Below the pieces are notes generated by a model, which did not search any database, had not been told where the DNA came from, and saw only the letters and a program-made list of their open reading frames with translations. From positions 1 through 38,683 of the IMG/VR virus record IMGVR_UViG_3300037721_000080: 38,683 nt of DNA. One strand, written 5' to 3'. Below are positions 1 to 9,362 of the stretch, one piece after another. The translations under genes were made by a program, and so were the position numbers. The stretch's first letter is position 1. Each line of letters begins with the position of its first letter. This DNA comes from a virus (Duplodnaviria; Caudoviricetes).

Positions 1-133
1 CGTCGGGATCTGTAGCCGCTTCGAACTCGTCAAATGCTTCACGGAGGCCGTCCGAGGACTCTTCAGCCTCCGGCTCCTCTTCCTTCTTCTTACCCATCGG
101 TGCAATCACCAGGGCGTTGAGTCCTTGAGCCAT
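1..133 (-). CDS. 5' part of a small acidic late-operon protein (runs off the window edge)
   Basis: ATG at 133 gives MAQGLNALVIAPMGKKKEEEPEAEESSDGLREAFDEFEAATDPD..., open to position 1; overlaps the end of the upstream gene. Not in the ORF track. Confidence 0.65.
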   Translation of the reverse strand, partial: MAQGLNALVIAPMGKKKEEEPEAEESSDGLREAFDEFEAATDPD

Positions 134-555
134 GAGTACTTCGCCATGCTCCGCTTGAATCGGAACGTGAAGAACACTTCGTTACCCGAAGCCGCCGCGA
201 TGTCGGCCGCCGAAGCAGTCGTAATCGTGGTAATCTTCATGGTCATCGCAGTGCTGGTGTTCAGGTTAGCGGGAACGGCGGTCAATTGAACTTTGCTATC
301 CGCGGCCGTGGCGAGCATCAGCGAAACCGATGCGCCAGTGAGGCAGTAGAAGCTATCTTCAAAGGTCAGCGTATATTCGCCAGTGCCCGAATGGACAATG
401 GAGGCGATACCGGCCGGAAGCGTCGTGCTGAGGCCGTCTTGGCTTCGGAACGCAACGGGGTCGGATGCACCGTTTACGGAAAACGCACCGGAGATGACAA
501 CTTCGCCTTTATTCGCGCAAAGTGCAGCCGGAGCGTAAGCTCTAGTTTGGGGCAT
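106..555 (-). CDS. Putative virion structural protein (head decoration/cement-like)
   Basis: 149 aa, A/T/S/G-rich with beta-strand character; directly downstream of the major capsid gene; AGGAG Shine-Dalgarno upstream. Confidence 0.6.
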   Translation of the reverse strand: MPQTRAYAPAALCANKGEVVISGAFSVNGASDPVAFRSQDGLSTTLPAGIASIVHSGTGEYTLTFEDSFYCLTGASVSLMLATAADSKVQLTAVPANLNTSTAMTMKITTITTASAADIAAASGNEVFFTFRFKRSMAKYSWLKDSTPW

Positions 556-565
556 ATCTTAAATT

Positions 566-599
566 ACTCCTAAGGAGTGGGGCGGCTCACAACCGCCCC
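566..599 (-). promoter_or_regulatory. Two adjacent hairpins between the capsid and decoration genes
   Basis: GGGGCGG/CCGCCCC stem (579-599) with no U-tract, and ACTCC/GGAGT stem (566-578) covering the AGGAG ribosome-binding site. Confidence 0.45.
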
Positions 600-607
600 T
601 ATCCTAA

Positions 608-1822
608 TTACAGCGCGACGCGCCCGTTGTATCCGGGAGCAACGCAACCAAGTTGCGCGTAGTACTTCGCGCGGACTTCGACACCGTCGTTGGTCGTCTG
701 ACGAAGCATCTTAAGACCATCGCTGTTCTCAAAGCGGGGAACCTCGCCAAGCGAGTAGAGCTTCCACGTGTCCTTCTGGAGGATCCAGCCGGTATTCGAG
801 GGGCAGTAGGCGTCCGCGAGGACGTCGACTACGTTCGTTCCACAGGTGATCTGAATCGAGCGGAATCCGAACTCGCCGTCGTTCGACTGAACCTCACCGT
901 ACATCACGCGGCTTCCAAGCGATGCCTGGAGGTTCGCGAATTGAGCGAAGTTACAAACGAACAGGTCCGGCTTCGCGCCTTCGCGCGCAACACGGGCCAC
1001 CGAGCGGAGGATCTTCTCTTCGATCGCGATGCCAGCGGGCGCCACGCTGGAGGGAATGCGGATACCACCGAGGCGGTTCTTGCTGACCGAGCGGTCAACG
1101 CCGAAGAACGGCGTAGAGCTGGGAGCCGATGCCGGAACCCATCCACCGAGACCGGTGACCTTACCGTTAAGGTCGCCGGCAACCTGGATGAAGTCGCCAA
1201 CGATGAGGCCCGTGACCTGAGTCGTAACCCAGTTGGCGTCGCTGGTGAGCGTTCCGAGGTCATAGTCGATACCCGTAACCGTCGCCGTACCCGTGCGGGG
1301 CGTAGCAGCGTCGGTCGCGGAGAACGACAGTTCCATGTCAATGTCAAAATTGACAATCTGCTCAATATCAGCGAGGGTCAGCGTCACAGTCGAGAGAGCC
1401 CCGACGGTGCCGATCGAACCAGAACCCGTCCCATAAAGGGCCGTGCTGAGGGAACGAACGAGCTGCTTAAACATCCCGTCGATTTCCGTAACGCGGGCCG
1501 AAACGAACGCAGCCTTATCGCCTTCGGAGGCTTCAAGGGCCTCGTTTTCGATAGTGACCACGCCGTAGTCCTTCGCGCGGGTGAGCACGAAGTCTTCGGT
1601 GCGAGCGGGGGCAGCGGCGGCTTGGGCATTCGCAATCGAAGTGCCGCGGCCAGCCGGGGTGGAGAAGAGAATCGGAATCGGAAGATTCTTGCCCTTCATC
1701 GAGGTCATGCGCGGCATGACGGCGAGCAAAGTGCTCTCGCCGTACTGCATCAGCTTGACCTTCATGTCATCGTAGTAAACTTTAAGTACGCCGTCGAGCG
1801 ACGTAGTCGTAGCGGAAGTCAT
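608..1822 (-). CDS. Major capsid protein
   Basis: 404 aa; follows portal and scaffold genes in P22-like order; AGGAG RBS; size and composition typical of HK97-fold coat proteins. Confidence 0.85.
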   Translation of the reverse strand: MTSATTTSLDGVLKVYYDDMKVKLMQYGESTLLAVMPRMTSMKGKNLPIPILFSTPAGRGTSIANAQAAAAPARTEDFVLTRAKDYGVVTIENEALEASEGDKAAFVSARVTEIDGMFKQLVRSLSTALYGTGSGSIGTVGALSTVTLTLADIEQIVNFDIDMELSFSATDAATPRTGTATVTGIDYDLGTLTSDANWVTTQVTGLIVGDFIQVAGDLNGKVTGLGGWVPASAPSSTPFFGVDRSVSKNRLGGIRIPSSVAPAGIAIEEKILRSVARVAREGAKPDLFVCNFAQFANLQASLGSRVMYGEVQSNDGEFGFRSIQITCGTNVVDVLADAYCPSNTGWILQKDTWKLYSLGEVPRFENSDGLKMLRQTTNDGVEVRAKYYAQLGCVAPGYNGRVAL

Positions 1823-1845
1823 TGTATTGAGAAACTCCTAAGAAA

Positions 1846-2940
1846 TTATTTCCAAGATCCCACTGCACGCGCCAGACGTTCGTCGTCATTTCGCGGAGTG
1901 CTTTCGCTCTTAGTGGTGCGCGTTGCGGTCATCTTGTTGGTTATGGTTTTAGCCGGTTTAGGCTCTGTCTTCTGACCCTCAGACTTGGGAGCACTCTCTG
2001 ATTTAGGAGTCTCGGCTTCTGCCGGTTTCCCGGCTTGTTCCTCCTGCCATTTCTGGAAGGTCAGCAGCTTTTCAAGATAAACTGCAATCTCTTCATAGCC
2101 GACTTGATTACTGCCGGCGGCCTTGCGGGCCACGGCGATAATGTCGGCGTCTGCTTCTTTCGAAAGAAGGGGGTACTTGTCCCCGTCTTTGACGTGTTTG
2201 AGGAAACCCGCGTTTTCCGCATGAACAGCTTGCTCGTACTTCGAGCGGTTCTCTTCCTCTTGCTTGGCTTTCTCAGCGGCTTCTTTCTTATCCGCTTCGG
2301 CCTTCTCCATCGCTTCAAGCTTTTGCTTGAGCTTCTCAGTCTCGCTGTTGCTACGTGCAATCTGGTCTTCGGGGGCTTGCACGCCTCCGTTGAGCCGACG
2401 TCGCGTAAGACGGTCGTAGAACGCGTCCTTGGTTGTTCCGCGCTTCTTAGCGACGGTCTCCAGGAACTGCTCCTCGTCCTCTTCGAACAGCTTGACGAGC
2501 GCATCAATGTCCGCCTGGCGCTTCCCCAGGTCGGTCATGCGCGACTTGCTCACCGTCTCGTGCTCTGCACGGGCGGCTTCCAGCTTCGCGAGCTCGTCCT
2601 TAAGACGGGCCTCTTCGCGCTGTACGGCCTTGCGCTGGCGCTCTAACTTAGCGAAACCACTCGATAATTTCTCTTGAGTGACCGGCTCGGCCTTTACAGG
2701 GGGGCTTAGTTCCGTAGGCTTCTTAACCTCCGGTTTAGCTTCTTCCTCTGCCTCTTCCGGCTCCGGTTCGGGGCGTTTCGGCTTAGGCGGTGCTTTCTTG
2801 GTCATCCCTCTCGGTGAGGGCTTGTCCATCTTAGCGATCGTCTGTTCAATCTCGGTCGCTAACGGCGTCTTCCCCGGAAGTTCCGGTTTCGACATCTCGG
2901 GTAGGGGGCTAGGCGCTCCCTGATTTTCATCAGCGCTCAT
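1846..2940 (-). CDS. Capsid scaffolding protein
   Basis: 364 aa, highly charged E/K-rich coiled coil with disordered ends and a short basic C-terminal helix (DDERLARAVGSWK); lies between portal and capsid. Confidence 0.75.
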   Translation of the reverse strand: MSADENQGAPSPLPEMSKPELPGKTPLATEIEQTIAKMDKPSPRGMTKKAPPKPKRPEPEPEEAEEEAKPEVKKPTELSPPVKAEPVTQEKLSSGFAKLERQRKAVQREEARLKDELAKLEAARAEHETVSKSRMTDLGKRQADIDALVKLFEEDEEQFLETVAKKRGTTKDAFYDRLTRRRLNGGVQAPEDQIARSNSETEKLKQKLEAMEKAEADKKEAAEKAKQEEENRSKYEQAVHAENAGFLKHVKDGDKYPLLSKEADADIIAVARKAAGSNQVGYEEIAVYLEKLLTFQKWQEEQAGKPAEAETPKSESAPKSEGQKTEPKPAKTITNKMTATRTTKSESTPRNDDERLARAVGSWK

Positions 2941-3038
2941 TAAATAAGCTACTCTTTACTATCATCAGCCGATAGTTAAGCTCACGTTACTAACGTGTAT
3001 TGGTAAGAAACCGGACTTAACGCGCCGGTAGCGTAAAA

Positions 3039-4949
3039 TCACATCGGTACGCCAGGCGGCGCACCAGGAGGAGCAGCGCCAGGCTGCATCTCCATAGGCA
3101 TCTCCATACCGGGCGGGGGAGCGTTAGGATCCATTCCCGGGGGAGGAGGCGGAGGTTGCATAGCCATTTCGCCTTCTACGACAATCTCCAGGAGCTCACG
3201 TAGCATATCAAGCCTCTCTTCTGGGCAATGGTTGCGCTCAGCGTTCAACAGGAGCGCCACGGCGAGGGGCTTGACCTGCTGCATGTCGACGTACGGATCT
3301 GGCGTCCAGGGGATACCCTTCTTTACGATGTCCGTAAGCCGGCGCATGATCGCTTTCTTAGAAGCAATCACCGGATTCATCTCGGCAAATTCGCGGGTGT
3401 CCGGAAATTCACAGAGCATCATGCCCTCATCCTTGGTTACCCAACCAATGCCGACCCACTCTTGGACTATCGCCATCTTCTCGCCGGGGTTGCTCGGAAG
3501 AGCGTTCGTCGGATATGCGCGGATATCGAATTCCGACTTCTTGATATTGATATCTTTGAAATCAAGCTCCTCGTACCCACCTTCGACGTTAAATCGAACC
3601 TTGTAGCCCTTGATCCCCCTGGCGCACTCAATCATCTTAGCGGCCGCGTCCAGCGCAAACTGCTCATAGCTATCCGCAATAATCCGAAGCCGCTTGCTAT
3701 GGTTCTGGAGTATCGTCCTCAGAGCGCGGCCGCTGACGTCCCCACCAACCGTCTGACCTTGCGCGGTCATCTGGCTAATACCGGTAATCTCGTAAGCCTT
3801 GCGCTCCAACTGCCAAAGATGCTCGAAAATCTGCGGTGACACGGGCGTCTCCGCCACCGTGCTAGGCGGCGTACCCGTGTATTCGATGATATCACCGTCA
3901 TTCGCGCGCATGTGAGCCGGATTCACCTTGCTGCCACGCTCAATGAACACGCGCGTGATACCGAGCTTGGCGAAAGCACGCTGAATCTTGAGTAGGAGAC
4001 GGTTAATCTCCTTCTGGACGCCGGCTAGTTGCTCCGTGAGACCCTTACCCCAGAAGCCGAACGGGCGTTTGAGCCAGCGGAGGAACACGAACGGGTGGTC
4101 CTCACACTCTTCGTTCAACAGTTCAATGTCATCATCGCCAACGGCGATAATGTGGCGCCCGTCTTTGGCGTCGGGACCGCTTGGCATGTGCCAGGCCTCA
4201 ACGACCTGAAGCAGATCTGACGTCGTGTCGTACATGAGCGGGCCGCGGCCGTTGGATAGGCCGCTACTGGTGCACGTCGAGAGGCGAGCGCGGAGCTCCT
4301 TACCCTTTTCAGTGTCATCAGTGTACTCCGCGATCAATACGCTACGGTCAATCCACTTCGTTTGATAGAAACACGTCGGCTTCCCGTACATACCGTCGGC
4401 TTGGTCGACCAACAGTTCCCACGGGAACACTCTGTCCAGCGCAACTTCTTTACCGGACTCATACACTTTAAGGATGCCGGTCCCAGCCCATTCGGCGTCG
4501 AGGAAAATCTCCGGCGCAAGCTCGTAGAAGCCAGTCTTATAGAACTGACCCTCGCAGAACTTGTCTAGCTTCTCTGCGGCTTCGCGCTTGTCCCAATCAG
4601 CACCGTTCGTTGTGAACGTCGCCTTGGGTTTATTCTGGCAAATCTCCGCCTGTGCGGCGGAACAGCAGTTTTCGATAACGTTGAGACCAACGGTCTCGTT
4701 ACCGGCGATCTGCACCGAGATAGCCGGACGGCCCGCACTGAACGGTGATAGGCCAGCGATTGCCGTCCCCCCATGCATGCGTGCCCAGTGGAGGAAAGAC
4801 TCGTAGAGATAAGCCTGGCGCGATGCAATCTGCCTAGCCGTGGCCATCATGTCCGCGGCTTGGTTCTTCTCGTCAGAGGACCACCAAGAAAAGTTGACCG
4901 GTTTATCGCCGGCTGGCGTATGGCGTTCGTTAGCTGGAATGCGTCTCAT
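3039..4949 (-). CDS. Portal protein
   Basis: 636 aa downstream of TerL; segments such as FWGKGLTEQLAGVQKEINRL and AYEITGISQMTAQG typical of P22/podovirus-type portals; Pro/Met-rich C-terminal tail. Confidence 0.85.
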   Translation of the reverse strand: MRRIPANERHTPAGDKPVNFSWWSSDEKNQAADMMATARQIASRQAYLYESFLHWARMHGGTAIAGLSPFSAGRPAISVQIAGNETVGLNVIENCCSAAQAEICQNKPKATFTTNGADWDKREAAEKLDKFCEGQFYKTGFYELAPEIFLDAEWAGTGILKVYESGKEVALDRVFPWELLVDQADGMYGKPTCFYQTKWIDRSVLIAEYTDDTEKGKELRARLSTCTSSGLSNGRGPLMYDTTSDLLQVVEAWHMPSGPDAKDGRHIIAVGDDDIELLNEECEDHPFVFLRWLKRPFGFWGKGLTEQLAGVQKEINRLLLKIQRAFAKLGITRVFIERGSKVNPAHMRANDGDIIEYTGTPPSTVAETPVSPQIFEHLWQLERKAYEITGISQMTAQGQTVGGDVSGRALRTILQNHSKRLRIIADSYEQFALDAAAKMIECARGIKGYKVRFNVEGGYEELDFKDINIKKSEFDIRAYPTNALPSNPGEKMAIVQEWVGIGWVTKDEGMMLCEFPDTREFAEMNPVIASKKAIMRRLTDIVKKGIPWTPDPYVDMQQVKPLAVALLLNAERNHCPEERLDMLRELLEIVVEGEMAMQPPPPPPGMDPNAPPPGMEMPMEMQPGAAPPGAPPGVPM

Positions 4950-5137
4950 AAGCCAACGTGCGCGTACGTCACGTCCTCATCTTCTTGGGCCTCGCGCTCC
5001 TCGCGCCGTGCAAGAGGTTCATCTTTGAATTCAGGTAAACTGGGACCCAGTTGGAGCTCTAGCTCCGGAGTCTTATATAGATGAACATTATGCTCTCGCA
5101 ACAGCGCGAGGAGTGAGGCTAGTTCTTGAAGCTGCAA
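4946..5137 (-). CDS. Hypothetical protein
   Basis: 63 aa, tightly packed between neighbours in the late operon; start codon uncertain. Confidence 0.6.
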   Translation of the reverse strand: MQLQELASLLALLREHNVHLYKTPELELQLGPSLPEFKDEPLARREEREAQEDEDVTYAHVGL

Positions 5138-5139
5138 TA

Positions 5140-5646
5140 TCAGGCTTCTGCGAATTCGAGCACGACGCGCATATTCGGAATGGCTACGCCGTTTCCGGTG
5201 TGCGTCTTCGCGAGCGTGATCGTGAGATTTTGCGCAATGGCGACGCCGGCAAGGTTGCTATAGAGAGCGACCTGCGAGAGTGCCACCCAGCTCGTAGCAG
5301 CCGTGGTAATGGCCGTACCAATGGCCGTTTGTGACCCACCGCCGGCTTGCGGACGCGTACCGAGTTGGAGCGTCGTATAGTGCGACGCATCAAGCGTCAC
5401 GGCCGCGTCGGGGAGAATGTACGCACCGAAGAGAACGATTCCGCCGGTGTGATTCGGCGTAACCGTGAACAGAGCGCGCTCGATATCCGTGCTCGCAGCA
5501 GCGTCTACGGCGCAATAGCAAACGACATACTTTTTGCGGGCCTGGTTCCAGTCATCGGCCGAAATCGCCGGGGGAACAGCGCCAGAAGCCGTCGCGTGAG
5601 CGGCGTATTGACCTACCTGAATCGTCTTAATATTTCCGACTGACAT
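5140..5646 (-). CDS. Putative virion structural protein
   Basis: 168 aa, A/T/G-rich beta-type composition; GAGG RBS; head gene module. Confidence 0.55.
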   Translation of the reverse strand: MSVGNIKTIQVGQYAAHATASGAVPPAISADDWNQARKKYVVCYCAVDAAASTDIERALFTVTPNHTGGIVLFGAYILPDAAVTLDASHYTTLQLGTRPQAGGGSQTAIGTAITTAATSWVALSQVALYSNLAGVAIAQNLTITLAKTHTGNGVAIPNMRVVLEFAEA

Positions 5647-5718
5647 GTGCGTAAACCTCTAAGATAAGTAAGCTAAGTGTAAGTGGGTTCAGTTGCGCCT
5701 GTGCGCAACTCGCGTTGT

Positions 5719-6435
5719 TTACGCAAGTTCGTTGCTGCGATCGTAAATCGGAGTGGGAGTAATCGCGGCTTGGCGATTCGGCAGTGCCGGAGGGGCGGCC
5801 GGAGGAGCTTGGGTGTTGACCTGACCGGCGGGTTGCGGACGGTAGGCTTGTGAGTTGTACTGAGGAAGACCGCCACCAATACCGGCATTGCCGTTAGGAG
5901 CGCGATACTGAGGAGCGCTGGAGGGCGAAGCCTGGGGCGGCATGTACGGAGGCGTCTGCTGTTGCGGCTGGTATTGCCGGCGCTGTTGCATCCACGGGGG
6001 AGGTCCGCCGTAGCCTTGACCGCCCTGTTGCATCCACGGGGGCGCCCATTGCGGCATCTGAGGAGGTCCGCCCCATTGTTGTGGAGCTCCCCCCCATTGC
6101 TGCTGAGGAGGTCCACCCCATCCGCCACCCTGCGACTGCATCCACGGGGGGAGTGAATTACCGAAACCACCGAAGCCTTGCTGACCTCCGCCGAATCCGC
6201 CGCCATATCCCTGTTGCGGCATCTGGGGCCGATACTGCGGCGCTTGCGGCTGAGGAAGCGACTGACGTTGACCCCAACCCATCGGCGACTGCTGCGCCGC
6301 TCGCTGGAGCATACCCGGGGCTTGCGCTTCCGGAGCTTCCGCCACGGACGCGGGGATACTCATCGTCGGCGGGGGGAACGGTTCGACGTTGGCGTTTTGC
6401 GGGACGATGGGGGGTGATTGCGGGTCAATGATCAT
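5719..6435 (-). CDS. Low-complexity P/Q/G/W-rich (prion-like) protein, 238 aa
   Basis: ATG at 6435 overlaps the TerL stop (ATGA) with GGGAGGA RBS upstream; PPWMQ x3 and (Q/G)WGG x3 repeats. Confidence 0.75.
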   Translation of the reverse strand: MIIDPQSPPIVPQNANVEPFPPPTMSIPASVAEAPEAQAPGMLQRAAQQSPMGWGQRQSLPQPQAPQYRPQMPQQGYGGGFGGGQQGFGGFGNSLPPWMQSQGGGWGGPPQQQWGGAPQQWGGPPQMPQWAPPWMQQGGQGYGGPPPWMQQRRQYQPQQQTPPYMPPQASPSSAPQYRAPNGNAGIGGGLPQYNSQAYRPQPAGQVNTQAPPAAPPALPNRQAAITPTPIYDRSNELA

Positions 6436-7940
6436 TCTGAGTCCTCCCACCAGTGTTTCTCCTGGTCGGCTTCTTCCTCTTCTTTTTGGATCTGTAGTTC
6501 TTCGCGAGCGTTAACGGCTTCGGGACTATTGTATTTAAGCCAGTAGGCCTGGGTGCCAAAGCGCTCAGTGACGCCTTGCACCTCGGACCCCTGCCTCTGG
6601 AAACAGGCCAGGACAAGCGCCGAAACCAAGTCGCCGTGGCTACCGTTGGTACGCGGCTGCTTAATGCTGATAGCGCCGCCGCTGGTTGGCTGTGAGGTGA
6701 CGAGCTTAAGCTGGTCGATAAGCCTCTCGTGCTTCGGGAGCTTGATCTGCCCATCTAAGAGCAGACGGCGGAACCGGACGTAAACCTCTTGGTTCCCCTT
6801 AGCGCCTTCGGGTGCGATGGTGAAGTGGAGGTCGTGTGTTTCGAGATGCTCTGAGATACTCTGTCGGTAATGACCATCAGCGGTCAAATAAGCACATTTA
6901 TGCTGCTTGAGTGTCGCGGCGAACTGAGCGACGACCACGCTCGGCTTAAGCGGCTCGTCCACTCCCGGTCGGAGCTCCACAAGTTCGCCCGGCCAGTAAA
7001 TATCGTCATAGCGATGGACGATGGCCAGTGCGGAACTGTCGGAACGAAAGCCGAAGTCCCCACCCGCGGTCACTACGGCGCCAGCACGGGGGGCCAGTGG
7101 CAGGATGATACTGGTGTCGATCGCCCGTTCGATGGCGACAGGGTCAAAGAACGAGAGAGAGCCAGCGGAGAGAGGGACGGCCAAATACTGGCGGCTCCAC
7201 TCAATCTGGTCGGGCTCTAACTCGTGAGATTGTGCTTCTGAAATCGTTGGATTCGCTACCCACGTGGGGGCGTAGCGAACCATCTGGCTAGCTGTGTCGC
7301 CAGCGACGAAAGCTTTGTGATGCGCGTCTAGCGTGCTGAACGGGCTAGAGCTCAGGAACATACGGGCGTTCGGCTGAGTGGCCATCGTGGGCCGAAGAAA
7401 AGCTAAAATTGTTTCCGCGGGGTTCGCCCCGGTCTTCTCGTTACGCCAGAGCGAGACTTCGTCAGCGATAACGCAGATTGCCGTGAAACCAGCCGCGGCC
7501 ATGGTTGAAGCAGCGAACACTTTGAACTTCACCGATCGTTCAGGTAGTTCGATGGTGTCGCCAGTGCGCTTGTAAGGAATCTTACAGGCTTTAAGGATTG
7601 ATTCGATCGTATCGATACGCTCGAACGCCTGGTCTTTATTGACCGAGACGATAGCGACGATGCCGGGGTCGCCCGGGGGGACCTTGTGCTGGCCAAACAT
7701 CGCCTCGCAGACTGCAACGCGGCAGAGCGTGGAGGATTTACCAGCACGGCGACCTGCTCTGATAACGAGCTGGCGTCGGGTGGAGCGGTAGAACTCTCTG
7801 ATGGACTCATGCCACCAGTCGGAGGTAACGGGGTAGCCGGCTTCTACGAGTTTCTTATCTAACTGACAGTACCGCTCGTAGAAGCTATCGGAGGAGAGAC
7901 GGCGTTTGGCAGATTCGAGGTAGGATCGTTCTAATGACAT
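6432..7940 (-). CDS. terL: Terminase large subunit
   Basis: Walker A AGRRAGKS, Walker B VIADE, coupling motif LSSSP, RNase H-type nuclease GGDFG...DSSA and C-terminal HGDLVSAL. Confidence 0.93.
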   Translation of the reverse strand: MSLERSYLESAKRRLSSDSFYERYCQLDKKLVEAGYPVTSDWWHESIREFYRSTRRQLVIRAGRRAGKSSTLCRVAVCEAMFGQHKVPPGDPGIVAIVSVNKDQAFERIDTIESILKACKIPYKRTGDTIELPERSVKFKVFAASTMAAAGFTAICVIADEVSLWRNEKTGANPAETILAFLRPTMATQPNARMFLSSSPFSTLDAHHKAFVAGDTASQMVRYAPTWVANPTISEAQSHELEPDQIEWSRQYLAVPLSAGSLSFFDPVAIERAIDTSIILPLAPRAGAVVTAGGDFGFRSDSSALAIVHRYDDIYWPGELVELRPGVDEPLKPSVVVAQFAATLKQHKCAYLTADGHYRQSISEHLETHDLHFTIAPEGAKGNQEVYVRFRRLLLDGQIKLPKHERLIDQLKLVTSQPTSGGAISIKQPRTNGSHGDLVSALVLACFQRQGSEVQGVTERFGTQAYWLKYNSPEAVNAREELQIQKEEEEADQEKHWWEDSE

Positions 7941-8281
7941 CGGCCGAAAAGGCGCCAGCCCTTCGGACGCTTGGTCACTGGCGCAGCAAGCCAGCGTTCA
8001 TTCTTAGGGAGCCAATCGACGAGCATCTTTTCGACGTCTTGTAGGAATCCCTGTATGTAAACAGCTTTGTCAGTGGAGTAAGGAAGAAAAGAAACGTCGA
8101 ACGCGGCGACGCGCGCGCCCTTCATGATAACCAAGTCGTTGGGACCGTTCGTAGTCCAGGAGACGCCACTCCACTCTCGCTGGTTTTGCTTCTTCCATTC
8201 ATCACACCAGTCGTTTAGAAAGGCGCATAGGAGCTTTGCGGGATCTTTAATAGGAATGCTCCAGTAGACCGAGCGTGTCAT
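7931..8281 (-). CDS. Hypothetical protein
   Basis: 116 aa, coupled to neighbours in the late operon. Confidence 0.6.
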   Translation of the reverse strand: MTRSVYWSIPIKDPAKLLCAFLNDWCDEWKKQNQREWSGVSWTTNGPNDLVIMKGARVAAFDVSFLPYSTDKAVYIQGFLQDVEKMLVDWLPKNERWLAAPVTKRPKGWRLFGRCH

Positions 8282-8547
8282 TACTTCCGACCCTTACGCT
8301 TAAGGTCCCGAACCTCAACCAGACGCGTCTCGTCGGTGATGCTATCCGTAGGTACATCTTCAGAAGTACCGACGTTTCGTATCATTGAGGCCGGAGACAT
8401 GTACCAGGCTCCGCCCTTCTTACGCCACTTGAGCCACCCATCCGGACCGAGTTCAAACTCGTGCGTGTCGGAGAGGAGAACGGTGGTGCGAAGGTCGGGG
8501 TCGACTAGGGTGCAGTATTCGCGGAATTCAACGGAGATGATTTTCAT
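8281..8547 (-). CDS. Hypothetical protein
   Basis: 88 aa, stop/start overlaps with neighbours. Confidence 0.6.
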   Translation of the reverse strand: MKIISVEFREYCTLVDPDLRTTVLLSDTHEFELGPDGWLKWRKKGGAWYMSPASMIRNVGTSEDVPTDSITDETRLVEVRDLKRKGRK

Positions 8548-8753
8548 TTGAAAGGCCCCTTACCGTCGTAAACGCCGTGGCACTTTTCATCGCCTGGCAT
8601 ACCGCGGTCCAACGCGATAGCTGTCCAACTTTCACGAGTGGGGTGTACTCGCATTTGTCGTGCTATTACCGTAAAGAACTGCGCCAGTTGGGTGAAATAT
8701 TCTACGTCGCCATAAAGCATCGGTCGACCATTTCTCATCGATCCGCCCCCCAC
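8544..8753 (-). CDS. Hypothetical protein
   Basis: Up to 69 aa, fills the operon gap; start may be the later ATG (MRNGR). Confidence 0.5.
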   Translation of the reverse strand: MGGGSMRNGRPMLYGDVEYFTQLAQFFTVIARQMRVHPTRESWTAIALDRGMPGDEKCHGVYDGKGPFK

Positions 8754-9043
8754 CCATCACGGGCCATCAATTCAATCGCATTGAAAATGCTGTCGTTGCC
8801 GACAACGTCGCACGCATAGACCCAGATGCGAATCTTGAAATTGTTTGGCGGATTACGTTGCTGAACGTGGACCCAATAGCCTTCACCGTTGGGATTGGCA
8901 CGAGCAACACAGTTGTACTTGCGCCCGAGAGAGGCCACTTTCTGGACGAATTCCTCCGTCTTGAGCGCGCCTTCGGCATCAAGCTTCGTCTTCCATTCAT
9001 TCGCAGTGGCAATGGCGCCCTCTTCAGCTGAGTCGAGATACAT
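8735..9043 (-). CDS. Hypothetical protein
   Basis: 102 aa, GGAG RBS, operon-coupled. Confidence 0.6.
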   Translation of the reverse strand: MYLDSAEEGAIATANEWKTKLDAEGALKTEEFVQKVASLGRKYNCVARANPNGEGYWVHVQQRNPPNNFKIRIWVYACDVVGNDSIFNAIELMARDGWGADR

Positions 9044-9362
9044 AATCTAACTCCGCCGAATGGATCGCCGACTCTAGTTCGTTTACTTGCCGTTCGTGCT
9101 CATATCGCACCGACAGAAACTCATACGCCGTTGCTTCCGGAACTCCGTACGCCTGCTGGCAGCAGCGAACGATCGCAGTAGACAGATCGGTGCTGCGACT
9201 AACGCCCACACCTTTTACTGATTTAGTCTTCCGGTCGTGTTTCTTATTCGTAATAGGCAGTTGACCCTTATATGGTCGCTTCTGGGGAGCGTATTGCTCC
9301 ATTTCTTCGTTCCAATGAACGAGCGCGTCGACGGGCGGGGGAGGCTTACAGCCGCAGATCAT
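9024..9362 (-). CDS. Hypothetical protein
   Basis: 112 aa, ATGA overlap with the upstream gene. Confidence 0.55.
   Translation of the reverse strand: MICGCKPPPPVDALVHWNEEMEQYAPQKRPYKGQLPITNKKHDRKTKSVKGVGVSRSTDLSTAIVRCCQQAYGVPEATAYEFLSVRYEHERQVNELESAIHSAELDYVSRLS

Noticed and set aside
653-1975. 440-aa plus-strand ORF
   Set aside because: Antisense shadow of the capsid gene; no motifs; expected in GC-rich coding DNA.
2955-2975. CTGATGA (hammerhead core) on the minus strand in the scaffold leader
   Set aside because: No GAAA element or compatible three-stem arrangement found.
2035-3839. 203-aa plus-strand ORFs at 2035-2646 and 3228-3839
   Set aside because: Antisense shadows of the scaffold and portal genes.
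5673-6206. 177-aa alternative-frame ORF over the prion-like gene
   Set aside because: No RBS or coupling; the P/Q/G frame has the RBS and ATGA overlap.
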